From Acidobacteriota bacterium (lineage in GTDB: Bacteria > Acidobacteriota > CAIWXX01): DNA of 64,000 nucleotides. Numbering within the stretch: the first letter of the stretch is position 1; each line of letters begins with the position of its first letter. The DNA lies in NCBI GenBank assembly GCA_040755995.1, contig JBFMAF010000015.1, forward strand, positions 50,696 through 114,695, in the 5' to 3' direction. The position numbers and the translations under genes were made by a program. Shown here one piece after another: positions 31,553-40,891 of this stretch. The notes beneath the pieces were generated by a model. The model did no database searches, was not told the DNA's origin, and saw only the letters and a program-made list of their open reading frames with translations.

Positions 31553-31990
31553 TCAGGACTTCGCCAGACCCCCGTAGTACTCGGCCAAGCTCGCGTGGCT
31601 AATCCGCCGACTGCCCCTTTCACCTGGGGCGAGACCCTTCCGCGCCCTCAACCAGGGCGTTTCAGAGTGAGTCAAGTCACTGAGCCACTGTGAGGGCCGG
31701 TGACCGTAGAACTTCAGGACTGCACGAACTGTCTCTCTCTCTTTCTTGGTTAGAGTCGACGGATCGCCGCTTGGCCATTCACTCACTCTGAACTGTCCCC
31801 GATGCAGTTGATACAGCGCGGGAATGACTGGGCCGTTAGCCCACGCCTCGATGTTCTCGGGAAAGAGCGGCGCCTCGTCCCAGACCAGCGACCACGCCTG
31901 GGCGTAGTACACGAGCTTCTGGAGTTTCATGGCGGTCATCTCGCCATGCTCCTTCAGGATGAAAGCAGCGATGTCATGAACGCTGGCCAT
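31553..31990 (-). CDS. Panacea-domain (DUF4065/SocA-like) antitoxin
   Basis: MKLQKLVYYAQAW, IEAWANGPV, LSDLTHSETPW motifs; TTGCAG-N17-TATACT promoter at 32015-32043. Confidence 0.9.
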   Translation of the reverse strand: MASVHDIAAFILKEHGEMTAMKLQKLVYYAQAWSLVWDEAPLFPENIEAWANGPVIPALYQLHRGQFRVSEWPSGDPSTLTKKERETVRAVLKFYGHRPSQWLSDLTHSETPWLRARKGLAPGERGSRRISHASLAEYYGGLAKS

Positions 31991-32204
31991 GTCTCCTCCC
32001 TCGGTGTTGGTTCAAGTATACAAAGGCCTGCGCTCGTCTGCAAGTGGGCCTTGCGCGCGGGCGCGCGGACGGCGCTTCCCCTCCACCGCCGGACGTGAGA
32101 CTTCAGGGGACATTCAGGAGCTAGCCGACGACGGGCCGACAAGCGCGGGTGACTCCGACCCCGCGTGTCCGCCCCTCTTCCAGTCGGACCACGCGGAGGT
32201 GGGA

Positions 32205-32768
32205 ATGGGCAACCCGCAAGGCAAGAGGCGCAGGGAGCCGAATGTCATCGAGCGCTACAAGGGAGTCTGCCGTTTCCTCCCAGACCGGGAACACCCACCG
32301 GGTGAAGCGGAACTGAGATGGTATCGCTCTCACGCGCTGGGCTCTTCTGCACAGATCAAGCAACGCGCGCGGGTCAAATTCGACGCGCTCAAGAAGTCAG
32401 AAGCGGAATGGGCAGAAAGACAATCTGCCAAACGGGCGACCGAATACCCTGCATCTCTGCGGGAAGTCTTGGAGACGTTCAAACACATCCCTCGCGAATT
32501 TCCAGGAGGGAGAATCGAATTCACCGTACCGGACGCGAAGGAGAGTATCCCACGTGTTTGTGTGGAAGTGACAGGCGACATCAGACGCGAGCATTGGCGC
32601 GCTGCCCACCGTTTGGTGAACAGGTGGAATGAGGCGTTGAAAACGCACTGGTTCGGCGTTGACGCCAAACGTAGTCTGCTCCTGTGGCTGCTCCAGATTC
32701 GCCATAGGGCACGATCGGAGCAGGACATCGACTTGAGAAAGTTCTCGATGCCACGATCAGGCGCGTGA
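32205..32768 (+). CDS. Hypothetical protein; 3' end replaced by the duplicated module
   Basis: GGAGGT RBS; the last ~20 codons read through inverted-repeat copy B starting at 32706. Confidence 0.45.
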   Translation: MGNPQGKRRREPNVIERYKGVCRFLPDREHPPGEAELRWYRSHALGSSAQIKQRARVKFDALKKSEAEWAERQSAKRATEYPASLREVLETFKHIPREFPGGRIEFTVPDAKESIPRVCVEVTGDIRREHWRAAHRLVNRWNEALKTHWFGVDAKRSLLLWLLQIRHRARSEQDIDLRKFSMPRSGA

Positions 32769-32929
32769 CCACAAAGAAGCCGGCAACAACGCCTCTCAAC
32801 GTCAGGCTCACGGACGACGAGCGCGGGCGGCTGGAGCAGGAGGCGAAGAGGCGAGGGCTACCGACTGCAACCTTCGCCAAGACGTTGATACTCGCGAGCC
32901 TTGATTCACTGACCGAAGAGAAACACTGA
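32765..32929 (+). CDS. 5'-truncated RHH protein copy (possible GTG restart)
   Basis: Same [15 protein letters not shown] core; the GTG overlaps the upstream TGA (GTGA). Confidence 0.45.
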   Translation: MTTKKPATTPLNVRLTDDERGRLEQEAKRRGLPTATFAKTLILASLDSLTEEKH

Positions 32930-32936
32930 GCCGGTC

Positions 32937-33479
32937 ATGACGGACCAGGTGGCAGTGGTTCCGCTCGAACGGATCGAAGGCTGCATCTACACCATTCGCG
33001 GTCAGAGGGTGATGCTTGACGCTGACCTGGCACGGCTCTACGGGGTCCTGACGAAGGCGCTCAACCGGGCCGTCAGGCGCAACCTGAGCCGCTTCCCTGA
33101 GGACTTCATGTTCCAGATCACGACCGAAGACATGGAGGATTTGAGGTGCCAGATTGGCACCTCAATCTTGAGGTCACAACTTGGCACCTCAAACCGGGGC
33201 GGCCGGCGATACCTGCCCTACGCCTTCACTGAGCAGGGGGTCGCGATGCTGTCGAGCGTGCTGAGGAGCTAACGCGCCGTACTGGTGAACATCGCCATCA
33301 TGCGGACCATCGTGAAGCTGCGCGCCATGCTCTCGTCACACGCCGAGCTGTCCCGCAGGCTCGACAAGCTGGAGAAGAAGTACGACGCTCAATTCAAGGT
33401 GGTCTTCGACGCCATCCGCGAGCTGATGACTCCGCCCGCGAAGGACACTCGGAGGATCGGATTCACCGCGAAGGAGTGA
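32937..33479 (+). pseudogene. ORF6N-domain gene with an in-frame stop
   Basis: Same 543-bp length as copy A; TAA at 33270-33272 where copy A has GAA. Confidence 0.85.
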
Positions 33480-33482
33480 CTC

Positions 33483-33977
33483 ATGAGCCTATACCGTCGT
33501 GGCAAGAGAGGTCTCTTCTGGTACGAGTTCGAGTTTGGGGGCAGGCGCTATCGCGGGAGCACCGGGACGAAGCAGAGGCGATCGGCAGAGCGAATCGAAG
33601 CGGACGCGCGGGCGAAGGTAACTCTCGGCGTGCGTGACATCGGCACGCAGGGTCCTACGATGTTCTCTGCGGTCGCCGGCGAGTTCCGCGAGCTGGCGGA
33701 GCAGAAGGCACGGGGCGTCTACCCGACGAACGTCCTGTACCAGCTTGCCTTCTGGGAGACTGTCTTTGCCGATGTCTCCGTCGATGAGGTGAAGCTGCCC
33801 GCGATCGAGGCGGCGATCAAGATGCGACGGCGGGCACCATCTGCCGAACGCGCAGGAGATGGGGCAGCCGGTCGCAAATTGCGACCATCTGTCGAGTCAC
33901 ACACTCTCGCCTGCGCCGGAGCGGGCGTTCACAGGGGCTGCGAGACTTTGCGATCCGGGAATTCCGCCGCGAGATAA
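33483..33977 (+). pseudogene. Truncated tyrosine integrase, N-terminal fragment (copy B)
   Basis: Arm-binding-like N-terminus plus part of a core-binding region; no catalytic domain; runs into the rfbD 3' end. Confidence 0.65.
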
Positions 33978-34804
33978 TCCTGCAGCGCTGCCTGCCATGG
34001 GCGTGGCCTGCGGCCGGTCAGGGCACGATAGCGCGCGCAGTCTAGCGTCGAGTAGGCCGGGCGGACCGCCGTCTGCTGTAGCTCCGCAGTGAGCCTCGGT
34101 GCGATCTCGTAGTCCGGCCCGGCGCCCAGCTGCCGCGCTATCTCCCTGGCGTATTCCAGCCGGGTGCAGTCACCGTCATTACAGAAGTTCATCAGGCCGC
34201 GCGCGCCGGTCTCCAGGAGCCTCATCGTCGCGTCCGCAATATCGCGCGCATATGTGGGAGACCCACGCTGATCGCATACGACGCGAAGCGGCTCTCGCTC
34301 GAGCACCTTCCGCGCGATCGCCAACACGAAGTTCTTCGGCCCGTGACCGAATACCCACGACGTGCGGATCAGCAGGTGCTGCGGGGCCGTCTTCAGCACC
34401 TGCAGGTCTCCATCCAGCTTCGTCCGCCCGTAGTGAGACAACGGATTGGGCGTGTCTTCTTCTGTGTACGGGGCCGCCTTCAGGCCGTCGAATACGAAGT
34501 CGGTCGAGTAGTGCACGAGAAGCGCTCCGCACCTTGTCGAGAGCTCCGCCAGGTGCATGGGGCCGTCCCGGTTGGCGCGCATCGCCGCTTCTCGATCGGT
34601 CTCGGCTCTCTCTACGTCGGTATAGGCCGCGCAGTTGACCACGAGATCGGGATGAATCCGTTCGAGCTCCGATTCGACCGAGGACCTGTCGCCGATGTCA
34701 AGCTCGCGAAGATCGGATGCGAGAATCTCGTGTCCCGCAGTTCGCAGCAGTCGCACGATCTCGCGGCCGAGCTGCCCGGAGGCACCCGTGACGACGACCT
34801 TCAT
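33929..34804 (-). CDS. rfbD: dTDP-4-dehydrorhamnose reductase
   Basis: TGASGQLG, NCAAYTDV, STDFVFDG, YGRTK, DQRGSPT, RPAYS. Confidence 0.94.
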   Translation of the reverse strand: MKVVVTGASGQLGREIVRLLRTAGHEILASDLRELDIGDRSSVESELERIHPDLVVNCAAYTDVERAETDREAAMRANRDGPMHLAELSTRCGALLVHYSTDFVFDGLKAAPYTEEDTPNPLSHYGRTKLDGDLQVLKTAPQHLLIRTSWVFGHGPKNFVLAIARKVLEREPLRVVCDQRGSPTYARDIADATMRLLETGARGLMNFCNDGDCTRLEYAREIARQLGAGPDYEIAPRLTAELQQTAVRPAYSTLDCARYRALTGRRPRPWQAALQDYLAAEFPDRKVSQPL

Positions 34805-34834
34805 GTCGCACAATCCTCGATCGCTCGTCCCGGA

Positions 34835-35860
34835 TCAGGCCTGACCCGGCGGGGCGCCGTACTGAGCCACATGGTGCCTGCGATAGTCTTCGCTCTTCTG
34901 CTTGATCGCTTCCCACCAGGCCCGGTGCTGCGCATACCACTCGACCGTCTCCCGCAGCGCCGAGTCGAACGGGGTGGATGGGCTCCAGCCGAGCGAAGCT
35001 GCACGCGAAGAGTCGAGCGCATAGCGGCGGTCGTGCCCCAGACGGTCGGCGACAGGCCTGATGAGCGACTCGGGCTTGCCGAGCAGCCGCAGTATCCTGT
35101 GCGACAGCTCCCGGTTTTCGAGCTCGTTGCCACCGCCGAGGTTGTATGCCTTGCCCGGCTGCCCTTTCTCGATCAGCGTCCCGAGCCCGCGGCAGAGGTC
35201 TCCTACGAAAAGCCAGTCCCGGACATTTCGCCCGTCGCCGTAAAGCGGCAGCGGCACGTCGTCAAGCGCATTGGTGGTGAAGAGCGGTATCACCTTCTCT
35301 GGATACTGATAAGGCCCGAATGCATTGCTGGGCCTGGCAATGATCACCGGCACGCCGTACGTGACGAAGTACGAGTAGGCCAGCCGATCCCCACCCGCCT
35401 TCGAGGCGGAGTACGGCGAGCTTGGGTTCAGCGCGTCTTCCTCCCGGAATCGCCCCTGTGCGATGCTGCCGTAGACTTCGTCTGTCGAGATGTGGAGAAA
35501 CAGGCGCCCGCCTCTCTTGCGAAACGCTTCGAGCAGCACGCCGACCCCCAGCACATCCGTCCGGATGAAGGACAGTGGTTCGAGTATGGACCGGTCCACG
35601 TGCGTCTCGGCCGCGAAGTTTACTACTATCGTAGTAGACTCGATGAGGGACTCCACCATCGGCCCGTCGCAGATGTCTCCCTTGACGAATGAGTAGCGCG
35701 GATCCCCGACCACGCCCTCGAGATTGGCGAGATTGCCCGCATAGGTGAGCTTGTCGAGATTCGTGACACGGCAGTCAGCCTCCCGCTCCAACAGAGATCT
35801 GATGAAGTTGCTGCCGATGAATCCGGCTCCGCCGGTGATCAGGTAGTGGGTTTGGCTCAT
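34835..35860 (-). CDS. rfbB: dTDP-glucose 4,6-dehydratase
   Basis: TGGAGFIGSN, DKLTYAGN, AAETHVDRSI, STDEVYG, YSASK. Confidence 0.95.
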   Translation of the reverse strand: MSQTHYLITGGAGFIGSNFIRSLLEREADCRVTNLDKLTYAGNLANLEGVVGDPRYSFVKGDICDGPMVESLIESTTIVVNFAAETHVDRSILEPLSFIRTDVLGVGVLLEAFRKRGGRLFLHISTDEVYGSIAQGRFREEDALNPSSPYSASKAGGDRLAYSYFVTYGVPVIIARPSNAFGPYQYPEKVIPLFTTNALDDVPLPLYGDGRNVRDWLFVGDLCRGLGTLIEKGQPGKAYNLGGGNELENRELSHRILRLLGKPESLIRPVADRLGHDRRYALDSSRAASLGWSPSTPFDSALRETVEWYAQHRAWWEAIKQKSEDYRRHHVAQYGAPPGQA

Positions 35861-35864
35861 ACGC

Positions 35865-36929
35865 CTAGTGGACTCCCACTTCGCTGTTGTCGCCGATGTT
35901 GAATCTCCATGCGCGAGGTTTCATCGGGTGCTTGTAGATTCTCACGTTGCGGCCGATGAGGCTGCTTTCGATCCGGCTGCCGATCGACTCGATCGCGCTG
36001 CCCTCCATGACGATCGAATGCTCGATCTCGCTGTGCACGATCCGGACGCCGGCGCCGAGCGAGGTGAAAGGGCCGACGTACGAGTGGTGCACGTGGGCGT
36101 CCCTTCCGATGATCACGGGGCCTCGAACCACACTCTCCTCGACCGTCGCTCCGGGCTCGATCACCACCTTCCCTTCGATGCGGCTGGCTGCGTCGACTGT
36201 CCCGTCGATCCGTTCGTCGAACGTCTCGAGGATCAGCCGGTTTGCCTCCAGCAGATCCTCCACCTTTCCCATGTCCTTCCACCATCCGCTGACTACGTGC
36301 GGTTCGACCACGTGTCCTCTGTCCACAAGGTACTGGATCGCATCCGTGATCTCGAGCTCGTCGCGCCACGAGGGAGAAATGGCCTTGACGGCGGGGAAGA
36401 TCGAGCGATCGAACATGTACACGCCGACAAGCGCCAGATCGCTGCGGGGCACCTTCGGCTTCTCCACCAGCCGCTTCACTCGCCCGTCCTCCAGCTCCGC
36501 CACGCCGAACTGCGACGGGTTGCGCACGTGCGCCAGAAGGATCTGGGCGTTGGGCTTGCGCTCGCGGAATTCGTCCACCAGCGTCCTGATGCCGCTCTTC
36601 AGCAGGTTGTCGCCCAGGTACATCACGAACGGCTCTTCACCCAGGAAGCGCTCCGAGATAAGCACGGCATGAGCCAGGCCCAGAGGTGCCTCCTGCGGGA
36701 TATAGGTCACGCTGCAGCCGAGCGACGACCCGTCCCCGACGGCGGACTCGATCTCGCTTCTCGTGTCTCCCACCACGATCCCGATGTCCCTGATACCCGC
36801 CTGCACGAGCGCATCGATGCCGTAGAACAGCACGGGCTTGTTGGCCACCGGCACGAGCTGCTTGGCATTGGTGAACGTCAGCGGTCGAAGCCGCGTCCCT
36901 TTTCCTCCGCTCAGTATCAATCCACGCAT
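35865..36929 (-). CDS. rfbA: Glucose-1-phosphate thymidylyltransferase (long form)
   Basis: LSGGKGTRLRPLT..KQLVPVANKP, PLGLAHA, ELEITDA, hexapeptide C-terminus. Confidence 0.92.
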   Translation of the reverse strand: MRGLILSGGKGTRLRPLTFTNAKQLVPVANKPVLFYGIDALVQAGIRDIGIVVGDTRSEIESAVGDGSSLGCSVTYIPQEAPLGLAHAVLISERFLGEEPFVMYLGDNLLKSGIRTLVDEFRERKPNAQILLAHVRNPSQFGVAELEDGRVKRLVEKPKVPRSDLALVGVYMFDRSIFPAVKAISPSWRDELEITDAIQYLVDRGHVVEPHVVSGWWKDMGKVEDLLEANRLILETFDERIDGTVDAASRIEGKVVIEPGATVEESVVRGPVIIGRDAHVHHSYVGPFTSLGAGVRIVHSEIEHSIVMEGSAIESIGSRIESSLIGRNVRIYKHPMKPRAWRFNIGDNSEVGVH

Positions 36930-37060
36930 CTGCCTATCTCCAGTCGGGACGGCGACGCGGCTTCCTGTCTGAAGGCCGGATCGCGAGACCCGCATCTTGG
37001 CGCGCGAACGCACCCGGTTCCTGCCGTCACACAAGAGATATCACACGGAGAGCGACGCGT

Positions 37061-37216
37061 TCAAATGCGGAACGACTCGAATGCGGAGTGCGGAATGGGG
37101 CCGCGGTGCAATCGGTGGCCATGCGCGACCGTTGCAGTCCACGGAGAAGGACGTCAAATGCGGAATGGGAGTCCGTCGAACGATCGGTGGCCGCGCGCCG
37201 CGGTTCCAGCCCACGG
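37061..37216. repeat. Degenerate ~70-bp tandem duplication in the rfbA / GWxTD spacer
   Basis: TGCGGAATGGG..ATCGGTGGCC..GTT(G/C)CAG(T/C)CCACGG at 37089-37144 and 37159-37216; TCAAATGCGGAA at 37061 and 37154. Confidence 0.55.
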
Positions 37217-37344
37217 CACACGGTGAGACAACCCCGATGCGGAGGCTGCCCCAGCGTTGCGGCCCGCCGTGCAGGGCCACGATTTGACGTTTCAGAGGCG
37301 CGGTTGGTAGACTGCCGAGTATCACGCTATTGAGGAGTATCCGC

Positions 37345-38712
37345 ATGTCGCTATCCAACAGGGTCGTGGTTCTCTCGATGACTGTGCTCCTGTCCGTTCC
37401 GCTCGCCCGGGCCGGCAAGGTGTCCGATCAGCACAAGAAGTGGGTTGAAGAGGACGTCCGGTTCCTGATCAGCGGTGATGAGGCGAAGGCCTTCAAGGAC
37501 CTCAAGGATGATTCCGAGTGTGATCATTTCATCCAGCTATTCTGGGCCCGGCGTGATCCGACACCGCTGACCCCTGTCAATGAGCTCAAGGACCAGTACT
37601 CCGACCGGCTGGTGTTCGTCGGAAGCGACCGGTTTCCTCGATCGCGAGGCGGAGTCAACTCCGACATGGCGCGAGTCTTTCTGCTGCTGGGGCAGCCTTC
37701 CGAGCAGCAGCGCGACGGCGGAGTGCTCATCTGGGTCTATCCGGCGCTTCCACAGTTCGGCTCGACCCACCCGATCCGATTCGCGTTCATCGATCCGGAC
37801 GGGGCGGGCTACGAGTTTCTCCTCGACAGAACTGACGGTCTGGACCTTCTTGCAGCCGTGCCGAAGTCCCTGGTGCTTCACCCGGAGCTCAAGGATCTAC
37901 CCGTCTACCCGCACATGATGGACCAGAAGATGACCGCCATCATCGATGAGTTCATGAGGACGGGGCAGGCGCGGGACGAGATCCCGTGTGCGATCAATCC
38001 GCTGTACTTGAAATCAGAGGGCGGCGCCACGTACGTCAGTCTTATCGCAGACTTCGAGGCAGACCCTGGGAAGTCAGCGAAACTGGCTGCATTCGGCAGG
38101 TGCGCAGGTCCGGCTGAGGCTCGCGAGTTCAATGAGCCGATGATTACGACCCAGGCGGTCGACCGCCCGGTGGCATACACGGGGTTCACCCTGATGCCCG
38201 GGAAGTATGACCTCTTCGTGGGGATCATGCAGATGGAATCCGGAAAAGTATCGCTTCGCAAGGTTGCCATTGATGTGCCGGCCTTCGAGGCCGGCAAGCT
38301 CGCCATGTCCGGCCTGGTCGCATCGGACAGGATCGAGGGCGCCGAGGCAAGGCCGCCATCTGCTCCGACCAGCCCCTTCGTCTTCGGCCACTACCAGTTG
38401 GCTCCCAAGACCGCGCAAGTCTACAAGAAGGATCTTTCGATTTTCGTCTTCTACAACGTTTACGGCTACGGAATCGACAACGGAGTGATGAAGGTCTCGG
38501 CGGAATATGTCTTCAACAAAGACGGCCAGTACTTCAACCGCGTTCCGCCGGATGCGACCTCGCAGAAAGCCGCCGAGAATCAGGCTGTGGTGATGGGTAC
38601 CGAGGTCCCCTTGGCGACGTTCCCTCCGGGCAAGTACACCGTGGTCGTGAATCTGGAGGACAAGCTCACGGGAGCCAGGACCGGCCGGGAGCTGGCATTC
38701 GAGGTGAAGTAG
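37345..38712 (+). CDS. Secreted GWxTD-domain protein
   Basis: Signal peptide; W..EDV.FLIS..E..AF..L, FIQLFWARRDPTP.TP.NE, degenerate GVNSDMARVFLLLGQP. Confidence 0.82.
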   Translation: MSLSNRVVVLSMTVLLSVPLARAGKVSDQHKKWVEEDVRFLISGDEAKAFKDLKDDSECDHFIQLFWARRDPTPLTPVNELKDQYSDRLVFVGSDRFPRSRGGVNSDMARVFLLLGQPSEQQRDGGVLIWVYPALPQFGSTHPIRFAFIDPDGAGYEFLLDRTDGLDLLAAVPKSLVLHPELKDLPVYPHMMDQKMTAIIDEFMRTGQARDEIPCAINPLYLKSEGGATYVSLIADFEADPGKSAKLAAFGRCAGPAEAREFNEPMITTQAVDRPVAYTGFTLMPGKYDLFVGIMQMESGKVSLRKVAIDVPAFEAGKLAMSGLVASDRIEGAEARPPSAPTSPFVFGHYQLAPKTAQVYKKDLSIFVFYNVYGYGIDNGVMKVSAEYVFNKDGQYFNRVPPDATSQKAAENQAVVMGTEVPLATFPPGKYTVVVNLEDKLTGARTGRELAFEVK

Positions 38713-38909
38713 AGCGGGCGCGCAGCGTTGTGCCGGTGACCCGGAGACGCGGGGACAAGGTGAGGAGCACAGGTTGGGTGCCACGCGCTTCCCACTCGCG
38801 GCGCCTCTGCCTCATTGTGAGGGGAGTGTCGCAAGAAGCCGCGGCTGTGTGGACCGGCCACAACCTGTAGTGGTCAGTCACTCGAGCCACCTGAGCGCCG
38901 GGACATCTC

Positions 38910-40865
38910 ATGAGTCACCGTGAGCACGGGGTCGCCCGCCGATGGCATCTCGCCGCCGTTGCGCTGCTGGTCTGGTCCTGCGCTCTGACCTGGCTCTATC
39001 TCGCCCAGCGGCCTGCTCCGCCCACTCTCGAAGCCGCCGGCCGACTCGGCTTCGGGATCATCACGATCGTGTTTTTCCTGTGCGTCCTGACGGCGCTCGG
39101 GAGACCTGTGGTGAAACTGATCCTCGGAACGGAGGGGGCGGCCGCGGGGGAGCTCGAGGTCTCGATCTACGGCTTCGGTATGGGAGCGGCGGTCGTGTCG
39201 CTTGCGGTCTTCACGATCGCGAACCTCGGGATAATGTACCGCGGCGTGCTGCTTGGCGCCCTGACGGCAGCGGCTCTCTTGGCGGTGATGAGCAATTTCG
39301 CCAAGACCATGAGGGAAACCGCGACCGTGATTCCCGCGCGCACGCTGGTCATTCTTGTTCCTCTCCTCGCTCTGGCCGGAATGTGCGCACTTGTAGAACC
39401 CGGATCCACCGACGCATTGCTTTACCATCTCTCGATACCGGCGACTTACCTCCGCCAGCACTCCATGGCCCCGATCCCGAACAACTTCTTCTCCTTCTGG
39501 CCCATGGGGTGCGAAATGCTCTACGCGATCGGGCTGGCAGTTGCCGGCGAGATCGCTCCGGCGCTGATCAATCTCACCTTCGCGCTGGTCACGCTCGTGT
39601 TGTTGCAGCGGATCGCGTCCGCGCCGAGGCTCATAGGTCCGGCAGCGCTCTTCTACATGGCGCCGGCCGTAACTATAAACTCGGGCTTCCCATACGCCGA
39701 CTTCGGCCTGACCTTCTTCGTCCTTGTCGCATTTCGTTCGCTGGGGCACTTCTTCCAGACACGGCGTGTGCGCTGGGCAGTGCTGGCAGGACTGTTCTCC
39801 TCGGCGGCGATCGCATGCAAGTACACCGGGTTCTACGCATTGGCCGGCTTCCTCGTCCTGTTCGCGGTGAGGCGTTTCCCGGGCGGATGGCGGGCGTTGG
39901 TCGTGTTCCTGGCGGCCAGCGCAGTCCTGGCGGGGCCGTGGCTGGCGCGCAATGCCGTGTACACGGGCAACCCCGTCTACCCGTATCTCGATTCGATCTG
40001 GGGCCGACATTGCGGTGACACGTATAGGGCCGACCGGCAGAGCTTCGAGCTCAAGAACATCGAAGGCGACCTCCACCTGGGATGGAAGTCCCTTCTGTTG
40101 CTCCCTTTCTACTACACCTTTGCTCAACCGTTCCTCGACTATGCACTGGGGCCGATCCCCGTCATCTTGCTCCCTCTGGTCCTCCTCGTCATGGCCCGGC
40201 ATCGCGACATCCTTATCTTCTGCATCTCGTTCGCGGCGTTATGGGTCCTCTTCTCCCCGCAGACCCGGCACCTGTTCCCCGTCCTGGCGCTGCTGGCCGT
40301 GGCCGAGGCCGACGCGTTGGCCGAGTTCGCTGCAAGAGCCGGACCACTGATCAAGCCGATCATCGCTGCCGTTCTTCTGCTCGGTGCAGTGAGCTTCTTA
40401 CACCTTCTCTATTTTTACAGGATGACGTGGGACCCGCTGCCCAGGCTGCTCGGCGCAGAGACGAGCGAGCAGTTTCTTGCGCGGACGATGTCCGATTATC
40501 CGGCGATCGCCTTCATGAAAACGCTGCCGCCGGACGCCACCCTTCTCACAGTCGGAGAGATGCATCCGTTCCGAGTCCCGCGAAGGTGCTTTCCGGAGAG
40601 CAAGTTCGACACGCCGCTCATTGTCACTCTTTCCCGCGGCTGCCGGAGTTCCCGAGAGGTCACCCAGAAGGTCACCGCACTCGGCGTGACCCACATCCTA
40701 TACAACCTTCCCGAGATAACACGGATGTCGTGGATTCCGGGCCAATACCTCGACTGGTCGAGCCCCGAGGATGAAAGAGCGTTTTTCGATTTCCTCCGGG
40801 AACGCTGCACTGCTATCTTTGACCGGAATGGCGTCGTGGTTTACAAGATCCTGCCTACCAAGTAA
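38910..40865 (+). CDS. Polytopic membrane protein, GT-C/ArnT-like glycosyltransferase
   Basis: Many TMs; DALLYHL, KYTG, PWLARN..YTGNPVYP motifs. Confidence 0.7.
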   Translation: MSHREHGVARRWHLAAVALLVWSCALTWLYLAQRPAPPTLEAAGRLGFGIITIVFFLCVLTALGRPVVKLILGTEGAAAGELEVSIYGFGMGAAVVSLAVFTIANLGIMYRGVLLGALTAAALLAVMSNFAKTMRETATVIPARTLVILVPLLALAGMCALVEPGSTDALLYHLSIPATYLRQHSMAPIPNNFFSFWPMGCEMLYAIGLAVAGEIAPALINLTFALVTLVLLQRIASAPRLIGPAALFYMAPAVTINSGFPYADFGLTFFVLVAFRSLGHFFQTRRVRWAVLAGLFSSAAIACKYTGFYALAGFLVLFAVRRFPGGWRALVVFLAASAVLAGPWLARNAVYTGNPVYPYLDSIWGRHCGDTYRADRQSFELKNIEGDLHLGWKSLLLLPFYYTFAQPFLDYALGPIPVILLPLVLLVMARHRDILIFCISFAALWVLFSPQTRHLFPVLALLAVAEADALAEFAARAGPLIKPIIAAVLLLGAVSFLHLLYFYRMTWDPLPRLLGAETSEQFLARTMSDYPAIAFMKTLPPDATLLTVGEMHPFRVPRRCFPESKFDTPLIVTLSRGCRSSREVTQKVTALGVTHILYNLPEITRMSWIPGQYLDWSSPEDERAFFDFLRERCTAIFDRNGVVVYKILPTK

Positions 40866-40891
40866 GATTTCGCGGCGAGGCAGAGATTCTC

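Larger units (their letters stand above)
32706..33695 (+). repeat. 990-bp inverted repeat, copy B
   Basis: Aligns to the reverse complement of 21529-22518. Confidence 0.9.
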
